Below, piece after piece: positions 9,115 to 19,017 of a DNA stretch of 58,942 nucleotides. Both the position numbers and the translations under genes were made by a program. The DNA comes from a virus (taxonomy: Duplodnaviria > Caudoviricetes), in IMG/VR virus record IMGVR_UViG_3300032328_000544, positions 1-58,942 of that record. The stretch is one strand, 5' to 3'. Within the stretch, counting starts at the first letter, position 1, and each line of letters opens with the position of its first letter. Under the pieces are notes generated by a model, which ran no database searches, was not told the origin of the DNA, and was given only the letters and a program-made list of their open reading frames with translations.

Positions 9115-9771
9115 TCATACTTCGTAGATTGTTTCTTTGTGGTGTCGAACTTTTACCAACGGGTCAACCCAAATGTGGAATCCATTTTGTGTTGCGCTGT
9201 AGCACCACGAATAGTCTTCGCCAACATTGGTGAGGAAGTCGTGTTCTGGCCATTTGATTTTTTTGATTGCAAACCAAGGGCGTGGCAGTTTCTCGAAAAC
9301 GCCTTGCTTCATTGCGACGAAACCGAAACCAACGCCACCTACTTCTACTGGCTCGTCGAACATAATGAACTCGACTTTGTTGACTCTGGTTGGTCGTCCC
9401 TCGTTGTCGGGGAAGTTTACTGCGACAGTGCCAAAGGTATCTGTTTGATAAAGCCCACTAACGATTTCTAATTCGCTTTGGTAGATACGCACAAAGTCTT
9501 CGACGTCCCACGAGATATCGCTATCAATCCAAAATACTTTGTCGTAAGTAAATTCTCCGCCACCAATTTCGTTGGTCACCCAGTTGTTCAGGGCGGAGTT
9601 GGTAGCCGTCAGTTCTCGTGCGCTTGCTACGAAGGACGAGTAGGTGTTGAGTAACTTGTAGTCAAGTCCTTCGCTCGACAACCAACGAGTTGTCTCGACA
9701 AGACTATCGACATAGCCAGCGTGAAATTGTCTTCCGGGTGTGGCGATTACTACGTGGTAGTGGGGTTTCAT
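9115..9771 (-). CDS. GT-A (GT2-like) glycosyltransferase
   Basis: IATP, WIDSD (DxD), GFGF, GEDYSWC, DPLVKVRH. Confidence 0.75.
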   Translation of the reverse strand: MKPHYHVVIATPGRQFHAGYVDSLVETTRWLSSEGLDYKLLNTYSSFVASARELTATNSALNNWVTNEIGGGEFTYDKVFWIDSDISWDVEDFVRIYQSELEIVSGLYQTDTFGTVAVNFPDNEGRPTRVNKVEFIMFDEPVEVGGVGFGFVAMKQGVFEKLPRPWFAIKKIKWPEHDFLTNVGEDYSWCYSATQNGFHIWVDPLVKVRHHKETIYEV

Positions 9772-10460
9772 TCTCTTACCTTACAGTTTTCGTGGGAAAT
9801 AACTTCGTCTGATTTGTGAAGTGGGTGGAGCCTAATGTTATGTTCTTTTCCTTCAAAGCCTCTAACCTGTTTCCCCGACCACTGGTACATTCGATTACAT
9901 TTTGGGCAGATTGCGTATCTCGTTTGTGGATTTTCGTAATCCTTTTTTGACTCTACGAGCAGTAATGCTTGGATAGTTTTTAAAACTTCGCGTGCTTCTT
10001 CGTATGTTTCGTATCTACCGCCAGTGATTTCTACACCACTAACAATGACTCCAGAGACCAGTCTAAGTCCTGAGATATCGAATCGTGTCAGTGTGACTTC
10101 TGGTTCTTTCGTTGTGCTTTCGGAAACTTTTAAAAACCAAGGAGTTGGCATTGGGTCAAAAAGTAATGTGTCTGCCAGTTTTGGTTTACTGTTTTCAAAC
10201 CCAACTACGAGTCTTACTTGAAAGGGGAATGTTGGGTGGACGATTGAGCCAGTGGCGAACTCGCGGTGTTGGTTGTATTCTTTTTCTTGTTCAAAGCAGT
10301 GGGCTTCGAATTCTTCGGTGAGACTAAGAATATCGTGAATAGGTTTTTTAAAGTCTTCCCCGTCAATTTTAGTTTGTGTCCAAAACGCGGTTGTCATTGT
10401 TACTTTTTTCGAGTACAGCCAACTTCCGTCTTTTTCTCTAAGTCTTGTCGTGCTCGTCAT
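9768..10460 (-). CDS. hypothetical protein
   Basis: 230-aa ORF overlapping both neighbours; CPKC near the C-terminus. Confidence 0.6.
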   Translation of the reverse strand: MTSTTRLREKDGSWLYSKKVTMTTAFWTQTKIDGEDFKKPIHDILSLTEEFEAHCFEQEKEYNQHREFATGSIVHPTFPFQVRLVVGFENSKPKLADTLLFDPMPTPWFLKVSESTTKEPEVTLTRFDISGLRLVSGVIVSGVEITGGRYETYEEAREVLKTIQALLLVESKKDYENPQTRYAICPKCNRMYQWSGKQVRGFEGKEHNIRLHPLHKSDEVISHENCKVRE

Positions 10461-11001
10461 TTTTTATGTACTCCCTGAGTTTGTATTCCCAACGAATCTT
10501 GGGTGCTGTTGTTTGTTCTTTGTTTCTGGCTCGCTTTGTTGTTGTCCAACTTGCGCCGTCAGAGAGTGACGCTTCTTCCCAGTTGTCTGCTTTGTAGATT
10601 GTTCCTTGGTGGACTTCTGTGTCTTGGTATGAAACCAGCATTGCTACATCTGGGAAGTTCAATCTAATCCACTGACGCATAAATCTCAACATATGGGTTG
10701 CTGTGTTTTTGGGGCATTCGTCGCTGATTGCCATTCGACGTAACTCAAGCATTTGTTTCCCATACTTGAACCTGTTTTGTGCGACTGGTGACGACCAAAT
10801 CCCAACAGCAACATATCCTTCACCGTTGGGTCCAATTTCGGTTCCTCGAACTTTGGCACCGAAACATTTGTAGTGGGTGTTGCGTACAACATTCGACCAA
10901 TGGATGTAGGGCAGTCTGCTGTGCCATTTGTCATTCAGTTCGCAGGCTAACTTGGCTTTGATTACTTCGTATTCAAGTTCGTGGGGAGAGTTGATAGTCA
11001 T
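10438..11001 (-). CDS. Mom-like GNAT DNA-modifying protein 2
   Basis: WHS, PVA, ELRRMA, PKNTAT, VSYQD..VHQGTIYKADNW. Confidence 0.75.
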   Translation of the reverse strand: MTINSPHELEYEVIKAKLACELNDKWHSRLPYIHWSNVVRNTHYKCFGAKVRGTEIGPNGEGYVAVGIWSSPVAQNRFKYGKQMLELRRMAISDECPKNTATHMLRFMRQWIRLNFPDVAMLVSYQDTEVHQGTIYKADNWEEASLSDGASWTTTKRARNKEQTTAPKIRWEYKLREYIKNDEHDKT

Positions 11002-11003
11002 TT

Positions 11004-11480
11004 TTATATCTCTTGTCGACATTCTCGGCACAACAAAACATCAAACCCAGTTGCTTCGTTTCTAACTACACCGTTCTGCGATACGGGTACGGGAACTACT
11101 GGCTTTTGTTCTTTACAACGGTCACAGGATACTTCGATAATCCATTCGACTTTGTGACCTTTTTCCGTTGATACAGTAATTCCACGACCCAATGCGTGAA
11201 ACTTTGCTGAACCAGCAGTCTTGAATAAGAAGTCTCGACAGTCCTCAACTTCCAGCACTGCTCGCTGTTCTTTACAAGGACAGTACATTGCGGTTGGCTT
11301 ACACACGACTTGTCCACGTGGGTTGAGTGAGTGTCGTGATATCGGATGTCCACAAACACAAACTCGTTTGTCTCGACCTAATCGGTGTTTCGATAATTGG
11401 TCATTTGCTTCCTTTGCTTCCTCGTAAGAGAAGTCTAAAAAATCAAAGGGGTTTGGTGACGGTTTCTCTGTATCTTCCAT
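11004..11480 (-). CDS. Cys-rich hypothetical protein
   Basis: CVCGH, C..CPC, CDRC, CREC; TATGCT -10 box before the ATG. Confidence 0.7.
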   Translation of the reverse strand: MEDTEKPSPNPFDFLDFSYEEAKEANDQLSKHRLGRDKRVCVCGHPISRHSLNPRGQVVCKPTAMYCPCKEQRAVLEVEDCRDFLFKTAGSAKFHALGRGITVSTEKGHKVEWIIEVSCDRCKEQKPVVPVPVSQNGVVRNEATGFDVLLCRECRQEI

Positions 11481-11492
11481 AAACCAAAGCAT

Positions 11493-11903
11493 ACCATCAA
11501 ATCCCTAAAATCCCTTCGACTACATCCAACTACATCCAACTACATTCCTGATATTTATGATTTTATGATTGCCAACCCTATTTCGGGGTACCCCCCCATG
11601 CACATGCATGCGCGTACTGAAAACATAGTTGACAATCATAAACAGTTATCTAGTTAACATCATAAATATCAGAAGTACTATCAGAAATCTTTTTTAGAAA
11701 AACACGTTCCTTGATAGTAATAAACTTTTTCGATACTTACACGAAACTTCTTTTTCTAAAAAAGTTTCTTGTTAGTAGATACCAACTAGATTTTCATTTG
11801 TCAAATATCATAAATATCATAAATATCAGGAATATCAGAAAGTAGTTGACAATCATAAATATCATAAAATGGGGCACTCAAAATAATCACCAACCACCTA
11901 AAA
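11493..11903. repeat. AT-rich non-coding locus with direct and inverted repeats (origin candidate)
   Basis: ACTACATCCA x~3; ATCATAAATATCA on both strands; TAGTTGACAATCATAAA x2; located at the divergent strand switch. Confidence 0.6.
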
Positions 11904-11918
11904 ATGTATAATTTAGGT

Positions 11919-12158
11919 ATGGATATCGACTCGTATGACCACCAAGTTGACATAAATCAACGTCGTCTCAAACTGTGTTTTCACGCAGTCGAAGAAGTAA
12001 AAAGACAACTTCTTGAGCCAATCTATCCTGACCAAAAAGCAGACCTGCTCATTGCCACAGAAAATTTGTGCCTCGCTTCGTACGAACTTTTAGAGCAGAC
12101 GCGGGGACTTGTTTGGGGAGATTCACTTACATCAACTAATGAGGACGAAGAGGGATAA
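11919..12158 (+). CDS. hypothetical protein (leaderless)
   Basis: TATAAT 6 nt before the ATG at 11919. Confidence 0.65.
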   Translation: MDIDSYDHQVDINQRRLKLCFHAVEEVKRQLLEPIYPDQKADLLIATENLCLASYELLEQTRGLVWGDSLTSTNEDEEG

Positions 12159-12164
12159 TTTATC

Positions 12165-14501
12165 GTGCTACACCGCAATAGCGGTGAGGGAGAGCACCAT
12201 ATAAAAAGAGCAGTAAAAAAGTGGACGCTAATGTTGGTTGCGTCCACTCTTTTGGGTTTGGTATTTGTATTGTTTGGGGCAGTTACTGCTTTCGCATTTT
12301 TACTGCCGCCCACACAGCAAGGACAACTATCGTTGTCAGAGAGCCGAGTAACATACCGATACCCAAACTTGCTGGGTCGAGGTAGAACGATACTTGCATC
12401 GTCAATCCTTTCTTTGGCTTCTACTACTAAGTCTAGCATTGAGGACTTGAAAAGTCTATTAGCACAGCACCCCGACGCACCGAACTATTCAGCGTTGCTT
12501 GAGCGTATCCAAACTTTGGAAGCGCAACTGGATAAACTCGCTCAACTATATAGTGACGTTCAGGACAAGAAGACCGCTCTCGAAGAAGCACAGCAAAACT
12601 ACACAAGTTCTGTCGAAGCGGAGACTAAGGCTAACGCTACGTTACAAGCAGCATCTGAGAATAAAAAAGCACAGCAGGATTCTCTTACGCTAAAGCAACT
12701 CATCAGACAAGAAGCGAGCACGCAGGTTGCTGAAGCAGATGAGCAGTATGTTCTTATGTCACAGATTTATACGACTAGCCAAGAGCAACTCGCTCAACAA
12801 TTAGCCGTTTATCAAGCATCCGTTACGGATTTGAGTGCGGCACACTCACATTTGGCCTCATCACAAGCAACGTACAACACGCTTCTTCAAAGTTATAATA
12901 ACCCTAATACTTATATCGCAGACCCTAATTGGGTTGCCCCTACCGAACAGGTTGAGCGTACTCGTCAGGTTGAGAACACGACCACAAGAATAGAGACGCA
13001 AACTATTCAGAACCTTTTGTTCAACCCTAATTTTTCACAAGGTACAGAGGGTTGGTCTGGAGTTTATTCGGGGTGGCAGGGTTCTAGTCCAGCACTAATA
13101 AATGGTGAAGTTATCTTCTCGTATAGCAACCAAACAGTTAGTCAGGGTCTTTATTCTGGACCTTTCAATAACGCAGTTCTTACTCTTTCTGCTGATTGGT
13201 CGAACAACGAGACTAATCGTGGGTTCACTGACGTTTACTCTATGACCGTTCAGGCTAGGGATATCAACCAGAATCTGGTTGGCACAGCAACGTATAACTC
13301 AACGGGTTCGCACGGCTGGCAAAACAGGTCAGTCACGTTGACACCGACGGGTCCTGTTTCGTATATAACGGTTTCGTTTACGGGTATTGATTCTGGTTTT
13401 TGGTATGGCATTTACGGTCCTAGTTTCAAGAACCCCGTTCTCCACATCACGCATGACCAAGAGATTACCGAGACTACGTACACCACCGAAACTTATTATA
13501 CGACGGAGCCAGTTCTTGTACAGGGAACACTCAACGTCGACATCAACGAGGGCGGGCAAGCAACGTTTACTGCCCCAGAGGGCGCAACGTTTATTTCTAG
13601 TAACTTGCGTTACGAAGCGTATGAAGATTCAACGTGTGGCGCAAAAATTACCCCGAACGTCGACGGGCTTTCTTCGGTTACGATTCGAGCGTTGAATTCT
13701 GTATGGGGCGACCTTTGCGGTGGCTACTCAAAACATATAGTTGGAACGCTTACGTATTCGGGCTACCCAGTAGCACCTCTTATTCCTGACCCAGCAATCT
13801 ACGCTCAACTTCAGATAGCAGAGTCACAACTTACTGAAGCACAACAGAACCTCGACACGGAGAACCAAAACTTCCTTTCCGTTGTAGCAGAGAAAGAACG
13901 TCGAGAGCAAGCACTCAATGTAGCCTCAACTAATCTCACTTCTGCTGAAGCAACTCTTTCTACTAAACAAGAAGCACTCGCGTCTGCTGAACTTGACGAG
14001 CAGGAGCAGACAAGTCAGTTCAACCAAGCGGAACTCAACCACGCTATTGCTCTATCAGAACACCAGTCAGCGCAAGAGTTCACAGCGTCTATGCAACAGC
14101 GAGTTACGTCACAGAACCAGCAGTACGAGACAGCACAGCAAGAAGCCGACACCCTCTCCACGCAGGTTGACGAAGACTACCAATCTCTTTCCACTGAAGT
14201 TTCCAGCATTCAACCAGCACCAGTTCCAGAGGAAGAGCCACTTATTGATTTGGCAGCGGTTCCTGTTTTGGGTGAAGCGCTTTCAGCACTGTCGGATGTC
14301 GGAGAAGCGTTGGCAAACATTGGTTCGGATATGTCCCCAGAGGTTCGGGATAAGGCAGAGAAAGTTGTTTTGTCAGCGATTGTTGTTACGCAGATAGCAA
14401 CACAGGCGGCGCAAATTGCAACGCAAGCAGCCGCAGCCTCTGCGAGCGCCGCAGCGTCAAGTTCTGGTTCTGGTTCTAGTTCAGCAGGAAGGAGGAAGTA
14501 A
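12165..14501 (+). CDS. large membrane-anchored coiled-coil protein with a central beta-sandwich (carbohydrate-binding-like) region
   Basis: N-terminal hydrophobic helix, Q/A/E-rich coils flanking an NLLFNPNF..G..GW domain, hydrophobic Ala-rich C-terminus; start uncertain. Confidence 0.65.
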   Translation: MLHRNSGEGEHHIKRAVKKWTLMLVASTLLGLVFVLFGAVTAFAFLLPPTQQGQLSLSESRVTYRYPNLLGRGRTILASSILSLASTTKSSIEDLKSLLAQHPDAPNYSALLERIQTLEAQLDKLAQLYSDVQDKKTALEEAQQNYTSSVEAETKANATLQAASENKKAQQDSLTLKQLIRQEASTQVAEADEQYVLMSQIYTTSQEQLAQQLAVYQASVTDLSAAHSHLASSQATYNTLLQSYNNPNTYIADPNWVAPTEQVERTRQVENTTTRIETQTIQNLLFNPNFSQGTEGWSGVYSGWQGSSPALINGEVIFSYSNQTVSQGLYSGPFNNAVLTLSADWSNNETNRGFTDVYSMTVQARDINQNLVGTATYNSTGSHGWQNRSVTLTPTGPVSYITVSFTGIDSGFWYGIYGPSFKNPVLHITHDQEITETTYTTETYYTTEPVLVQGTLNVDINEGGQATFTAPEGATFISSNLRYEAYEDSTCGAKITPNVDGLSSVTIRALNSVWGDLCGGYSKHIVGTLTYSGYPVAPLIPDPAIYAQLQIAESQLTEAQQNLDTENQNFLSVVAEKERREQALNVASTNLTSAEATLSTKQEALASAELDEQEQTSQFNQAELNHAIALSEHQSAQEFTASMQQRVTSQNQQYETAQQEADTLSTQVDEDYQSLSTEVSSIQPAPVPEEEPLIDLAAVPVLGEALSALSDVGEALANIGSDMSPEVRDKAEKVVLSAIVVTQIATQAAQIATQAAAASASAAASSSGSGSSSAGRRK

Positions 14502-14678
14502 GTGAAAGATTTTTTGAATGATTTGTTATCACAGTCTTGGACACTGCTAGGTATGTTCGTAGCGTATGTCGTCCTTGAAGGTTCAGCCAAAGAAGTGATT
14601 GGTTGGTGCATTTTGGGCACTCTCGCTATTTATATCGCAACCTACCCGCTTCGTAAACCCCCAAAGAACGAGGAATAG
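14502..14678 (+). CDS. small two-TM membrane protein
   Basis: GTG after GGAGG; MKDFLNDLLSQSWTLLGMFVAYVVLEGSAKEVIGWCILGTLAIYIATYPLRKPPKNEE; below the ORF-track cutoff. Confidence 0.7.
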   Translation: MKDFLNDLLSQSWTLLGMFVAYVVLEGSAKEVIGWCILGTLAIYIATYPLRKPPKNEE

Positions 14679-14854
14679 TGTCAAAAGAAGAAAAGGAGCA
14701 AGTACGTCTACTTGCTAATAAAGCAGCCAAGGAGCATTTTCGCAGAGCGGGAATTCCCCACTGGACTGCTTCATATCAAATGCTGTATCCCATATATGTT
14801 CAAAAATACATCAAGGTTTATATTACTAAAATCAATGAACAACATAACGGCTAA
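14678..14854 (+). CDS. small hypothetical protein
   Basis: GTG overlapping the previous stop; 58 aa (MSKEEKEQVRLL...). Confidence 0.5.
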   Translation: MSKEEKEQVRLLANKAAKEHFRRAGIPHWTASYQMLYPIYVQKYIKVYITKINEQHNG

Positions 14855-14886
14855 AATTGTATAAAGCCACAAACTTAGGAGAAATA

Positions 14887-15510
14887 ATGGCATCACCCTC
14901 AAAAGCACAGTTTCCGATTGACGGGAAACTAGGTAAGGCGTGGAAGGTCACGTCGACGATGGGTTGGCGTATCCACCCCGTCACAAAAACAAAAAAGCAT
15001 CACAACGGAACCGATATTTGGTCTGCACAGGAGCCTTGCTGGATTGAAGCGCCTTACGCGGGCAAGGTTATCGCAGTCGGAAACAACCCCGCAGGTTTTG
15101 GTAACTCGGTTACACTTCGACACAAGATTGATGGGAAGTCTTATGTGACGATTTACGCACACATGGCAGATGGAACCGTCAAGGTCAAAAAGGGTCAGAA
15201 GGTCGAGGCTGGCACTCCGCTTGGAAAAATGGGTTCGACTGGTATATCAACTGGTAAGCACCTCCACTGGGAACTCCAGAAGGGCGCGAACTTGGTTTGG
15301 AGTGCGAATGGTAAGAACTTCATTGAACCAGTTAAGTTTTTCAAGGCTCTCATTGCCAAGGAGAAGGCTATTGCTTCGGCTCCAGAGGTTACCCCAGACG
15401 ACGCTCCTATAGCACCAGCCCCAACGCATGACGAGGCTGGCGCAGAGGCACTCGCAGCGACAGAGATTGTTGCCACCCCCGTAGCACCTGCTACTCCCCG
15501 CAAGAGGTAA
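14887..15510 (+). CDS. M23 family peptidoglycan endopeptidase
   Basis: HNGTD (HxxxD), YAHM, GSTGISTGKHLHWE; AGGAG RBS. Confidence 0.9.
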   Translation: MASPSKAQFPIDGKLGKAWKVTSTMGWRIHPVTKTKKHHNGTDIWSAQEPCWIEAPYAGKVIAVGNNPAGFGNSVTLRHKIDGKSYVTIYAHMADGTVKVKKGQKVEAGTPLGKMGSTGISTGKHLHWELQKGANLVWSANGKNFIEPVKFFKALIAKEKAIASAPEVTPDDAPIAPAPTHDEAGAEALAATEIVATPVAPATPRKR

Positions 15511-15525
15511 TTTGCTCAAAAAGAT

Positions 15526-15560
15526 AACCCCCCCAGCAAACGCTAGGGGGGTTTCTTTTA
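15526..15560. terminator. bidirectional intrinsic terminator
   Basis: C-run/G-run hairpin with T tract between convergent genes. Confidence 0.7.
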
Positions 15561-15620
15561 TTTGGAAGGAGATAAACAGGACAACAACGAAACCTGAGTA
15601 CCGAGTATCACTCTATCATA

Positions 15621-15932
15621 CTATTTGAGGTAGTCTGCGAAGTCTAGTTCTAGTGCGGGTTTGGGTTTTGCGCCTGTTACGCGTTTTACTATTTCTCCGT
15701 CAACATAGACCATTAACGTCGGGACTGACGTGATGTTGTGTTTTTCCATAAATTCTGGGTTTGCGTCGGCGTCGAGTTTGTAGATTTCTATTCGTTCGGA
15801 GAGGTCTTCCATGATTGGTTTGAGTGCGCGACACGGACCGCACCATTCTGCCCAGACGTACACAATGCTTGCGTTTTTGTTTTCAAGGACGTCTGCCTGA
15901 ATTGTTAGGTCTGTTGTTTCTTTGGTTGTCAT
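15621..15932 (-). CDS. trxA: thioredoxin
   Basis: WAEWCGPC, SVPTL, GAKPK. Confidence 0.92.
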   Translation of the reverse strand: MTTKETTDLTIQADVLENKNASIVYVWAEWCGPCRALKPIMEDLSERIEIYKLDADANPEFMEKHNITSVPTLMVYVDGEIVKRVTGAKPKPALELDFADYLK

Positions 15933-15971
15933 TTGTGTGGCTGCCTTTCTTTGTTAGGTTTCTATTTTACC

Positions 15972-16014
15972 AAAAGAAAAACCCCCAAGAATGGCCTTGG
16001 GGGTTTCACTTTTT
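15972..16014 (-). terminator. intrinsic terminator
   Basis: AAACCCCCAAG/CTTGGGGGTTT hairpin with U tract on the minus strand. Confidence 0.6.
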
Positions 16015-16020
16015 GTGGGG

Positions 16021-16314
16021 CTACTTTTTTGCTCCGCGTCGTCCACGGGGAACGGTTGCTGCTACTGGATTGTTGAAGTAGACGGGCGTCTTGGCGGAAC
16101 CAAGGAGCCAACCTACTGCGGGGAACTGGTTTTCAAGCAGGCGAACGACGAAGTAGTAGATAGCCTGCGTTAAACCTGTGAGTGCAATGATGGTTGCGTT
16201 TTTGGTTTCGTAGTCGAGTGCGAGTCCTTGTGTGGCGAACCACGTAATTACTGCGCCGACTCCGATTGGAACCCACGTGCGGATAAGACCAATGAATGTA
16301 TCGTTTATTTTCAT
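16021..16314 (-). CDS. holin-like membrane protein
   Basis: IRTWVP..VG two-TM pattern, YY..VR.LE..P..GWLLG, basic C-terminus. Confidence 0.65.
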   Translation of the reverse strand: MKINDTFIGLIRTWVPIGVGAVITWFATQGLALDYETKNATIIALTGLTQAIYYFVVRLLENQFPAVGWLLGSAKTPVYFNNPVAATVPRGRRGAKK

Positions 16315-16638
16315 AGGTTTATTGTACTACGAGACAACCCAACTATTCTTGCGAAACGCTGGGTGCGTTACAAATTGATAAAGAGTTGCACAACCCAAAA
16401 AATAAAAGCGCATAGTGGTGAAAGAACTAGAGCCACTAAAAGAAACACAATCAAGTAGCAAGAAAGGGGAGCACGGGAAACCTTTTTTCCGCATTCTGTA
16501 CTGCACGTTGGGCTAATACATTCCGTCATTTTTTTCGCGAACTTTTGATTAGTAACGTAATAATGAAAAAGAAACAGAAAACATAGTCACGAATGCGGGC
16601 ATTCACTTGATTTTTATTTTTGTTTCCACTACGCATAA

Positions 16639-18063
16639 TTAGAAAAGCGTGTCTGTGTTCTTTTCAATTTCGTGTTTGACTCGACCAATAATAATTGGAA
16701 TGTATTCTTCCGTCATTTCAATCCCAACGAATCCGACTCCCGCTTGAACGGCGGCTTTGCCCGTTGACCCTGACCCAGTGAACGGGTCAAGCACAACTCC
16801 ACCAACGGGCGTTACCATTTCAACGAGGTATTTCATGAGGGACGTCGGCTTGACGGTGGGGTGGAAGTTTTTCTGCGGGGCAGTCGAAAACTTATCTTCT
16901 ACTGAACCCTCAACCTTTCCAGCACCAGTTTCTGATTTGCCGTTGAAGACTTTGCCACGCTCTTCGGCTGTGTCTTCGAGTCCCTCGTTGCGGTCTTTTT
17001 TGTTTGCTTTTGCCACAAAGAAGAAGCGAGAGGAGCCACCGCCCTCTTCTAAATCTGCGACGGGACAACCCTCGACGCATTCGTAAATTCCTATTTTTGC
17101 CGTCTGACCGCTACTTTTGTAGTCTGGGCGTTCGACTTCTCCGAAGCCAGTCCAGTCTTCTGTTTTGTTTATGACATAAGAATCTTCTGTTTCTCCGACC
17201 AAAAAACACTCGTCTGCGTGTTGGAACAACACATTTGACGGGAAGCGTCCCGTTACGGTTTTTTCATAAGTTTTTCCGCTCGGCTTCCAGTTGTCGTCCA
17301 TAAAGTTTGAGCCAAAGCCGTTTTCTACAATCTTGTCAGTGCGCTCTTCGTTTCCAATACGCGAAGCGTCAATGTTGATTCCACCAGTTCCGTGCTTAAG
17401 GACGTTGAGTGCTACATTCTTTTCACTCAACGGCTTACGGGCGACAAGGATTGGCTCTGACGCTGGCTTCAGCGCAGTTCCCCAACCTTTCCATTTCACG
17501 GCGTCTTCGGAAGATTCGCCTACGCGAGTGAGTTTGTTTTTGGTTACGTTGTAACCACCCTCACCCTCAGCGTTCATAAACCCAACACCTGAGGCTGGCT
17601 CTTCCTTGAACTCGACTCCAGCCATTTTGTCAATAGCCTTAGCGACGTCGAGAGATTTAGGGAACCCTTGTGCGTAAATCCACGTAATAGAGTCGCGGAT
17701 TTCAAATCCCGCGAAGCGAACAGAGAGACCCATAAGGTCTATGGTGCGCGAACCAGCGAAGACGAGCATATGTCCACCCGGTTTCAGTACTCGATAGCAC
17801 TCGTCCCACACAGCAGGTGGCGGAACGAATGCGTCCCACTGCTTTCCCATAAATCCTTTTCCAGCAGGAATGTGGTCTCTGTCTCCGCCAGCCCACATTT
17901 GGAGGGCGTCGACGATGTAGGACGGGTCAGTGTTTCCCAATCCGTAGGGCGGGTCAGTAACAACGGAGTCTACGGACTCGTCTTCCATTTCCCGAAGGAC
18001 GTCTAGGCAGTTGCCCCAATAGATAGTAACGTTCGCGTCGTTGTCTCTAAATTGTTCGCTCAT
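16639..18063 (-). CDS. N6-A/N4-C DNA methyltransferase (beta class)
   Basis: VTDPPY, GFMGKQWD, HPTVKP, LDPFTGSGST. Confidence 0.92.
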   Translation of the reverse strand: MSEQFRDNDANVTIYWGNCLDVLREMEDESVDSVVTDPPYGLGNTDPSYIVDALQMWAGGDRDHIPAGKGFMGKQWDAFVPPPAVWDECYRVLKPGGHMLVFAGSRTIDLMGLSVRFAGFEIRDSITWIYAQGFPKSLDVAKAIDKMAGVEFKEEPASGVGFMNAEGEGGYNVTKNKLTRVGESSEDAVKWKGWGTALKPASEPILVARKPLSEKNVALNVLKHGTGGINIDASRIGNEERTDKIVENGFGSNFMDDNWKPSGKTYEKTVTGRFPSNVLFQHADECFLVGETEDSYVINKTEDWTGFGEVERPDYKSSGQTAKIGIYECVEGCPVADLEEGGGSSRFFFVAKANKKDRNEGLEDTAEERGKVFNGKSETGAGKVEGSVEDKFSTAPQKNFHPTVKPTSLMKYLVEMVTPVGGVVLDPFTGSGSTGKAAVQAGVGFVGIEMTEEYIPIIIGRVKHEIEKNTDTLF

Positions 18064-18087
18064 TATTGCCTAAGTTTAACATACAAG

Positions 18088-18160
18088 CCCCCCCGGAGGG
18101 ATTCGAACCCCCGACCTTACGGGTAGAAACCGTCTGCGCTATCCGCTGCGCCACGGGGGG
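18088..18160 (-). tRNA. tRNA-Arg(TCT)
   Basis: Acceptor CCCCCCG/CGGGGGG, D stem GCGC/GCGC, anticodon loop TTTCTAC, T loop TTCGAAT; CCA not encoded. Confidence 0.9.
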
Positions 18161-18291
18161 TTATATTATAAAATTGCCATAATAAAGATTATTATAATTA
18201 ATCCCCACACAATGCAACCACACCCAGCGTCTGCGTCACTCGTGTAGCAACGCGAGCAGGTGTTTTCGCAACAGTATCTTTTACCCATTAC

Positions 18292-18435
18292 TCATTCACC
18301 ACGAAGATTCGAGACAGATATTTGTTCAGCCAGATAAAGAGTGGCGTGTACTTGAGCCAAGGCGATTGCTTCAATGTTTCCCTGAGGTTCACAGTTTTCT
18401 AAAATCTTGAGCGCTTCTTGTTTGTGGTCACGCAT
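18292..18435 (-). CDS. small hypothetical protein
   Basis: MRDHKQEALKIL...ALAQVHATLYLAEQ, 47 aa, coupled to the upstream stop. Confidence 0.55.
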   Translation of the reverse strand: MRDHKQEALKILENCEPQGNIEAIALAQVHATLYLAEQISVSNLRGE

Positions 18436-18828
18436 TTAGACTCCTAATTTAGTAAGTATGGAGAGGGCGTCTTTCAGACCATAGCATTTTCGGTGTATGG
18501 AACCGCCCCGCCCGCAGTCCAAACATATTTCAGACCTAAGCGCGTGAATGATTTTTTTGCGTTCGTCCATTCTTATGTTGCTTATTATTTCTTGTTCGCG
18601 TCTCTTTTTTTCTTTCAACGCCAACTCTTTTTCAAGTTTTTCGCGTCCACGAGTTCTTTTGTAGTGTGTTTCACACATCATTCGACACTTGACACCACGT
18701 TTACAGCCTTCAATTCTGCACTCAACCAGAGCCATCTTTTGACGCCAACTAGCGTTGTAGTGAGGAATGCACATTCCTGCGCGAAGTTCTTTATTTTCAC
18801 CACAGACGGAACAGGTTCCTGAAACCAT
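18436..18828 (-). CDS. Cys-rich hypothetical protein
   Basis: CSVC..MCIPHY and CRIEGC..MCETHY repeats; ERKKII motif. Confidence 0.65.
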   Translation of the reverse strand: MVSGTCSVCGENKELRAGMCIPHYNASWRQKMALVECRIEGCKRGVKCRMMCETHYKRTRGREKLEKELALKEKKRREQEIISNIRMDERKKIIHALRSEICLDCGRGGSIHRKCYGLKDALSILTKLGV

Positions 18829-19013
18829 TAAGTTGCATCCTCATTTTTTTCTTTGATAAGCGCAATAAGGTCAATCATCCCGTAACAAACCGAGTGGTCA
18901 CATTCGCCGTTACTACGGTTGTCAAAGCACACCTTGTTCGCGGCCAGTGCGCTAATGCGTTCACGCTCTTGCTGTGCGCCCGTCCGTCTATCTTTTTGGC
19001 GTAGTGGTGACAT
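18828..19013 (-). CDS. small hypothetical protein (ER.RI family)
   Basis: Likely start MSPLRQ; QERERIS; CFD..CDH..C. Confidence 0.6.
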   Translation of the reverse strand: MSPLRQKDRRTGAQQERERISALAANKVCFDNRSNGECDHSVCYGMIDLIALIKEKNEDAT

Positions 19014-19017
19014 TTTA

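Noticed and set aside
11519-11870. CRISPR array
   Set aside because: Repeats are 10-17 bp, tandem or irregular, with no unique constant-length spacers.
12165-14501. Tape measure protein
   Set aside because: Central beta domains are present and there are no neighbouring tail tube or chaperone genes.
18088-18160. Amber suppressor tRNA (the loop contains CTA) or a recoded genome
   Set aside because: In the 7-nt loop TTTCTAC, positions 34-36 are TCT (Arg). TAG ends many genes and long ORFs are intact in the standard code.
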